In this document: in pieces, positions 57,801-64,000 of the stretch
Layout of the letters: each line of letters starts with the position of its first letter
Numbering within the stretch: the stretch's first letter is position 1
From: Antedon mediterranea
Taxonomy: Eukaryota; Animalia; Echinodermata
DNA: 64,000 nt
Reading direction: 5' to 3'
Assembly (NCBI RefSeq): GCF_964355755.1
Contig: NC_092671.1
Coordinates: 18,228,001 to 18,292,000, forward strand
Program-made: the position numbers and the translations under genes
Notes under the pieces: model-generated
Told to the model about the DNA's origin: nothing
Database searches by the model: none
The model's input: only the letters and a program-made list of their open reading frames with translations

Positions 57801-60800
57801 AATATTAAAGTTATATATAAACCAGCCGAATGGACAGATTCACAAAGTTGTCTATTTCATACATGGAGGCCATGTTAACTGTAACATTATTCTCATTTGG
57901 TGGTAACATCCACTGTTATGTATTTTGGCCTATATTCGGTGACCTTTGACCTCCAAATTAAGCAATAATGAACATTTCAATTTGATTGCCTAATATGGTT
58001 AATATCAGATAGGCCTAAATACTTCATGCAGTATCAAATCCATCGCTTTCGTATAAATCAAAATAACAGCGAATTTATCAAAATTGTTGTTTTGCTCATT
58101 TTGATTGAAAATGCATGGTTTCTTTAAGTTTTTATGGTTACAAGACACTGTTAAAATTCACCAAATATAAAATTGTTGGTTGATTTATATAATTTAGAAT
58201 ATCTTCCAAATTCAACTTTATAAAATTTTAATTTCCGCATTACCATTTTGGACCTTTGACACACTTTAAATAATATTCTGCCCCACTGTGACATGGTGCC
58301 ATTAAGAGGAGAATTATTATGTTAACACGATCAAAGTAAGAAGAACATAAATTATAACGATCTGCTGTTATTATTCAATACTTTATTCAATGTTCTATTA
58401 AAGGCACTAAGGCCAGAGATACTCGTTTGGTTTCAGGTTTTGTTGCTAAATTCATCGTTTTTAACATCAATTCAGTTCAATTAAATTTTTTCGATAAAAG
58501 TTGAGTTTTGATAATTTTGTATTGCTTGTATTGTATTTAGTATTCTTTATTTTTGACCAAAAAAAATAACAAAAAAATATTAAAAGAAGTAAAAGTACTA
58601 TAAAGTGTAAAAACAGGATTACAAGTAAAGCTTTTGATCTGTGGCACCCTAATACATGATTACAATTACAAAATGTTTTCATGTAAAATACATTATTCTT
58701 AATGAAAAATGCTTCTAAAGGCACTAAGAGTTTTGTACATACGTGTGCACACGCGCACACGTTTTGACAAAAAATAGGTATAATAAATAATATAATAAAT
58801 AAATTAACCAACAATTATCCACTCTCATTTGGTAGGTATTTGCAACATTCTGAGTCTCGTTTGTTTCCGTTTCTTGGTTCCATTTGGTTCCATTCGGTTC
58901 CGTTTGGTGCTTAGCAGGACCCAGAAGGCAACTTTGACAGGCAACGCAAGTCATCTAAGCTAATTCTGTTTTTCCAACGAGTTCAAGTCTTTCCCATTAA
59001 TTAATCAAAATCATATAACCGATCTAAATTAATTTAAATGCTTTTTTGGTCTAAATTAGTTCATATATGACCCTATCTCTCTAAAAGGTGTATTTTTGTC
59101 GTGATACCAGCCATCACACTCGATCTTTGCGGCAGAAGTACAAAATAGACGGCTCTGTTGTATTTCGAAAGCAATAGTAGTATAAAGCAAAATATTTTCT
59201 GAACGCGTTTTCTTTTACTCTAGTGAGTACTCTTGCATTCACAATCGACCAATCACGTGAAAAGAATTTATTTAGGGTGTTGTATAGTAAAGATTCTTAC
59301 TATTGTAAGATAAAGCGTTATCATTTAGTATCCATGGGACTCCCTACTCTCTACTCTCTGAGTACCTCAAAAACCGAACCCAAATTACATCCTTTAATTC
59401 TCACTCCTCGTCCTGCCTTCCTATGACTTGTGGCGTCCCCCAACGATCTATTCTCGGACCTCTCCTTTTCCTCATCTACATCAATGATATCCAACAAGCC
59501 TCAAATTCATTTTCTTATGTTCTTTTTGCCGACGATTCCAATATTTCCTTACTTTAATAGATTAATTTCAACTTTTAATTCAGAAATTCACCACGTCTCA
59601 AACTGGTTCAAAACTAACAAACTCTCATTAAATGTTGATAAAACTAACTTTATTCACTTCTCAAATAGTAACAAATCTAAAGAAAACCCCATCGAAATCT
59701 TCGTAGACGATGTTTTAATTAAAGTAGTTGATCATACTCAATTGGAGTAACAATATTGACGAAAAACTGAACTGGAAGCGTCACATTAATACAATATCCA
59801 ACACAATCTCTCGATCTATAGGTATAATAAACAAACTCAAATTCACTTTCCCACAAAACATCTTACTTTCCCTTTATAATACCCTTATCCCGCCTCAATT
59901 ATTGGAACATTGCTTTACGATGATGAAATTGCATCGATGATGAAAATTGCGTCGATGAAAATTGCATTGATGTAGGCCTAAAGAAAATTGCGTCGATGCA
60001 ATGAAAATTGCGTAGATTGCGTCGATGAAAATTGCATCGATGAAAACTAAATCGATTAAAATTGCGTCGATGAAAACTGTCGTACTGTGTTAATAGTTGA
60101 GAATTCTCAATAGTCAATTTGGTATGTTTTATATACCTGGGCCCGGCCGCGCATTCCCTCCTCATCTCTCCCCTGCGGCGGGCCGGCCTAGCTCTTGCTA
60201 TAGCCTCACTCGATCTTTCCCCGCGCACTCCCGCCACCCGCTTTTCTTCTTATCTGTGATTCGTTGTTGTGATACACATAGCATTGTGAGAAACATGGCA
60301 AGAACGCCTACTACTGTGACTATTGTCAGAGATCGTTTACTGATAATGCTCAAAATAGAACACATTAATGGAGTTTTCATAGATGCAGTTTTCATCGATG
60401 TAATTTTCATCGATATGGTTTCATCGATGCAGTTTCATCGATGCAGTTTTCATCGATGCAGTTTTCATCGATGCAGTTTTCCTCGATGCAGTTTTCATCG
60501 ATGCAATTTTCATCGACACAATGTTTATCACATCGACGCAATTTTCATTACATCGATACTATATTCATCAATGCAATTTTTATCACATCGACGCAATTTC
60601 ATTTTATCGACGCGATTTTCATTACATCGATGCAATTTTATCATCGCCTAAACTTGCGTAAACTGCGTTCCATATTTTATTATTATTGCGCTGCACCAAT
60701 GTAAATGTGATCCTCCTTTGATTGTGACTAAGCCAAATGTTGCACTATGTTATAATATGCTGTATGCAGCTGTACGATTGCAATTCAGCTTATATTTTCC

Positions 60801-61661
60801 CAACGTATAAGTTTTATTTTGTTGTTTTTTTAGCTTAATGTACTTTCTTTAACCTTACTTAGCTTTTGATCAATGTCAGGTGGTCTAGTGGAAGTCGGCA
60901 TAATAAGCGCATTGAGCATTTTATAAATCTTATTATCTTAGCTTATCTTCTAATTTATGAAAATCTAGAAGACTGCATACATTAGGTGACGTTTTTTTTT
61001 TTTTGCAGATGCTGCTTATACAGGTGTTGTAAATCTGGCAATATATGTATGTGAAAATGATAAGTTGACTATAGACTGTGAAGGTGAAAAGATTCACGTG
61101 GTTTCTGCTGGATACGGACGGTCTTTGTTTTACGGTGAACGATGTCCGGTACCCGGCAAAGCACCACGATCTATAAGACCAGTAGGAGATATAGGTGAAC
61201 CTGAAGCTGCGTGTTTTGAACCATCGTCCATGCATGTAGTTACCCATCTGTGTCAGGGCCTGACCTTTTGCGAAGTACATGCAACAGATAGTGTTTTTGG
61301 TGACAATTGTGCCCATGTGACGAAGAAGTATCTTGAGGTCATTTACAGATGTAAGTAGAATTTGCGTGGGAACAACAATAAAATAGATAGATCAAAGGAA
61401 ATATACATAAGTAAGTCTTAATACATTTTTCTTACATATTTTGACAATTATCGCATTATTAGGAATTAAGAATGAGAACAAATTGGATGCTTTAACTGTA
61501 TAATGCAGAAACAGATTTATATTTCAATTGGCTGATTAGGTTAAGGAAGGAGTTAAGAAAATATGACGTCATATTAATACCTTTTTTCAATTGATTTTTG
61601 TTTTGTTATAGGCTATAATGAAGATAGAAGTTTTGTTCGTGGATCGCCACTCGGTAAATAA
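54850..61661 (+). CDS. Secreted SUEL / rhamnose-galactose-binding lectin domain protein (~147 aa). Exons 54850-54901, 61009-61350, 61612-61661; the last exon may splice onward at 61653
   Basis: Signal peptide MKIVPAFCLLALFLTTSNA; SUEL pattern CE...L.I.C...I.VVSA.YGR...C...C...LCQG...C.V.A..SVFGD.C...KYLEV.Y.C with 8 Cys; phase-1 GT-AG junctions. Confidence 0.88.
55105..55408. mobile_element. Small MITE-like element with 17-bp perfect inverted repeats
   Basis: ccgattctgctactgtc (55105-55121) / gacagtagcagaatcgg (55392-55408). Confidence 0.7.
55540..57451. repeat. Palindrome-ended repeat family: hairpins centred at ~55605 and ~57165
   Basis: tgtaatggtacaaataatggcat..gtgaatgatgaaa and its reverse complement each occur twice. 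Confidence 0.75.
55934..56667. mobile_element. MITE with long TIRs flanked by TA
   Basis: 63-bp perfect IR (55950-56012 / 56598-56660) extended by cgccgtg/cacggcg, with a 9-bp deletion in the right arm; TA on both sides. Confidence 0.85.
59290..59897 (+). pseudogene. Decayed CR1/L2-group RT fragment
   Basis: Frameshifted CGVP.RSILGPLLFLIYIND, FADDSN, WFKTNKLSLNVDKT, IDEKLNWKRHI; similar to the 43750 LINE. Confidence 0.85.
59913..60651. mobile_element. Foldback-like element: inverted arrays of ~15-bp units (atcgatgaaaattgc) around a GC-rich core
   Basis: Left array ~59917-60079; reverse-complement array ~60380-60649. Confidence 0.75.
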
Positions 61662-62756
61662 AAATTAATGACTTTCAAACTCTAGGCTTATTGTAAATTC
61701 AATATAAAACGCTAAAAGTTATGAAATATTACGTTTTCCTCCTCAGTTTAATTTATTTTTTAAAAGCCGCCCTAACCAATATTCGAACTCGGAATATTCT
61801 GCTTGATATGATAACAATTAGACCACTTGGGCAAACTTTGTTCAAATTAGATTGGATAGCGACTCTTTTCAAAACCCTTTACTTTCGAATAACGGTGGTA
61901 TACACTTTAGTTCTCAATTGTAACTGACGCGCATCAGAAATTTCCTTGATACGCCCTCATGCGGCCTAGCGCGCTCGCGTTGACAAAAAAGACTGCTTCT
62001 GTTGCAGAAATGACGAAATTTTTCATCTTAAAACAGGGTGTTGTTCGTCTTAGATTTAAGATTAAGATATAATTAAGCAAATTATTTTACTTAGTATTAT
62101 TAATAAATCCGACTTAAGCAAAATTAAAGATTTAAGGCAAAGTTAAGATGATTTTTTTGCTAAGCAAGTTTGATAAATCCGGCCCCGGTGCTTTATAGTA
62201 TTGTTCAAATTCCAATGTTATTGATTCAGGAAATATAACAGATTTTGACTCTCGTAACAAGAGATTTCACCTATACAAAAAGTTAAATGGATGATATTTC
62301 CAAAATGAAAATAAATTGAATTGAATTGAATACAAAAACTTTGAGTCAAACTTGTTAAATGAGTATTTAGACATACCACAACTTCAGTGGAAGTGTATTA
62401 GTAAGGCTCTAGATATTTTCATAACAAGATAGTTACGATACAATACGAAATTAATACTACCAAAATAAAAAACAAAAATAAATTATTATTCCAAATGGAA
62501 AGAGTAATATAATGACAACAACTTTGATGGAAAACGGAAAATACCCTGTATCTAAAATGAAAAATGAGAAACTAGCACACGAGTAGTAGGTCTAGTAGAC
62601 CTAACTGGATATATAAGTGGGCGTCTGTCAAAGTAACTAGTCTCAAACCACTAAGTTAAATTTTGGACTTTCAGGCTTACATACTGATAGTTTCTATTGT
62701 GTTATTTGTTTAAAGGGTTGTTTAATCTTATATATTATATACATCTAATATATATA

Positions 62757-63070
62757 AATCCAAAGGCAAATTACTGAAAAATGACAATGCTGTGGGTATC
62801 AGTGGCTGGATCTCAATGGAGATACAAAAATAAAAAGCGAAAAGCTAAATCAAAACGATAAAGTAAACAGCCAGAAAAGTTAGCAGAGCTTTCGGGCAAC
62901 ACTAGTCCTTCATCAGTGCAAGTGAAGGAATTTGGATAACGTCATAGTATAAAGCTGGCAAGTGCTGCCTGGGTGGACAGGAATAAAAGAAATATAACAA
63001 AGGGAGCCAGGGTGGAGTCTGAATAAGAGTAGAAAACAAAGAATAAAGAGCTGCATAGGCAGGATATAGA
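62757..63070 (-). mobile_element. Penelope-like terminal repeat (family 1) anchored at a TA tract; further copies at 21157 and from 63944 to the window end
   Basis: Three copies share caaaggcaa...; contains a minimal hammerhead motif. Confidence 0.7.
62881..62921 (-). ncRNA. Minimal type-I hammerhead ribozyme motif
   Basis: Minus strand: uuGCA CUGAUGA a GGAC uaguguu GCCC GAAA GC UC UGCua. Both catalytic boxes present; palindromic AGCU stem III; one mismatch in stem II. Confidence 0.75.
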
Positions 63071-63732
63071 AAAAAATCAAGATCAAATAAGTTAAAACTG
63101 CCTCAAAATAGATTTATTTTAACGACATGTTTCGGGCATAGCCCATCATCAGGTGAAAAGAATTGTAACAAAGTATAACATATATAAGTCACAAAATTAC
63201 ATAATAAAACAAATCAGCCAATCAAAGATGTTAACAAACAAAAGGCATAGTTATAAAGGAACGCCTCCAAAAGCTATGGGGTACAAAGCAGGAATGGTTG
63301 CTTATAAAGCAGGAAATTTAAAACAAAGACAAAAGCTTCAAGTGTAAATAATTGTTATGTGAATGTCTCTGGCAAAATTAATGTTTAAAGGATCTAAATT
63401 GTACATTTATGCCGGTAGGGGCAAGAGTGCAAAGCTTTACAATTATTCTTTCTTCTATAATTCTACGAGATGTCTCAGAACCATTACATACTTTAACACC
63501 AGAAATTGTAATATCCGAAATGGAATGCTCATTATTACAAAAATGGGTGGCTACAGGTAATCCGGGAGTCTTTAGTTTAATAGACCTTAAATGTTCTACA
63601 AACCTATCACCTAACCTGCGTTTAGTTTCACCAATATAAAGCACATTACATTTAGTACACGAAATACAAAACTAGATTTCTAGTGGTGCACGTAATACGA
63701 TCTGTGATAACATAATTACCAGAAACGAGGCT
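63071..63732 (-). mobile_element. Penelope-like (Neptune-type) retroelement 3' fragment with GIY-YIG endonuclease remnant (ORF 63378-63644)
   Basis: ITCTTRNLV/frameshift/CISCTKCNVLYIGETKRRLGDRFVEH...PVATHF...RRIIEE.II..L.TL.P.GIN, followed by a 3' UTR containing a hammerhead. Confidence 0.9.
63117..63159 (-). ncRNA. Minimal type-I hammerhead ribozyme motif
   Basis: Minus strand: uuuucac CUGAUGA u GGGC uau GCCC GAAA CAUG UC guuaaaa. GUC cleavage triplet; palindromic ACAUGU stem III. Confidence 0.85.
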
Positions 63733-63750
63733 TATATATATATATAAATC

Positions 63751-63928
63751 ATACTGTAAATTATAGAAACAGTGCTCATATTCGGAACATGATCTCATAA
63801 TCGCGTCGAGCATAGCTCATTGGCGAAAGTTCCGTATTTTTTAGTTGTATGAAAAATGTCTCTGGCGGGATTCGAACCTGCAACCTCTCGCTAACAGGGC
63901 GAGTATCATACCACTAGACCACAGAGCC
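63751..63928 (-). mobile_element. tRNA(Pro)-derived SINE-like element (head 63858-63928) ending near (TA)n
   Basis: GGCTCTGTGGTCTAGTGGTATGATACTCGC-CCTGTTA-GCGAGAGGTTGCAGGTTCGAATCCCGCCAGAGAC aligns with the eukaryotic tRNA-Pro body, but the anticodon loop is non-canonical (no U33). Confidence 0.7.
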
Positions 63929-64000
63929 ATGAATAGTGCCATACAAAGGCAATTACTGAAAAAAATGACAATGCTGTGGGTATCAGTGGCTGGATCTCAA

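Noticed and set aside
59899-60704. ORFs of 112, 184 and 87 aa with MQFSS/FHRC repeats
   Set aside because: They derive from the 15-bp arrays of the foldback element.
63858-63928. Functional tRNA gene
   Set aside because: Pro-like body with a non-cognate loop lacking U33 and mismatched acceptor/T stems; better explained as a SINE head.

Overview
AT-rich, intron-containing animal genomic DNA, not prokaryotic. A marine invertebrate such as an echinoderm is likely, but that is inferred only from repeat style. Three spliced + strand genes can be built by hand. Two are tandem paralogues (about 31471-36166 and 48187-52525) encoding type-I membrane proteins: signal peptide, an unrecognised ~133-aa beta-rich head, a Cys-rich module, a Thr-rich mucin stalk, a TM helix and a short tail ending in a PDZ-type motif. 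The third encodes a secreted SUEL/rhamnose-binding-lectin-domain protein (54850-61661). The rest is dominated by mobile DNA: CR1/L2-type LINE RT copies (two nested inside Helentron-like HINEs), a hAT-like element with a 5-bp TSD, several MITE/foldback elements and SINE fragments. There is also a (TA)n-associated cluster of Penelope-like pieces with a GIY-YIG remnant, two minimal hammerhead ribozymes and tRNA-headed SINEs. The first ~20 kb contains no gene I can support. Gene models and alignments were done by eye, and no database search was run.
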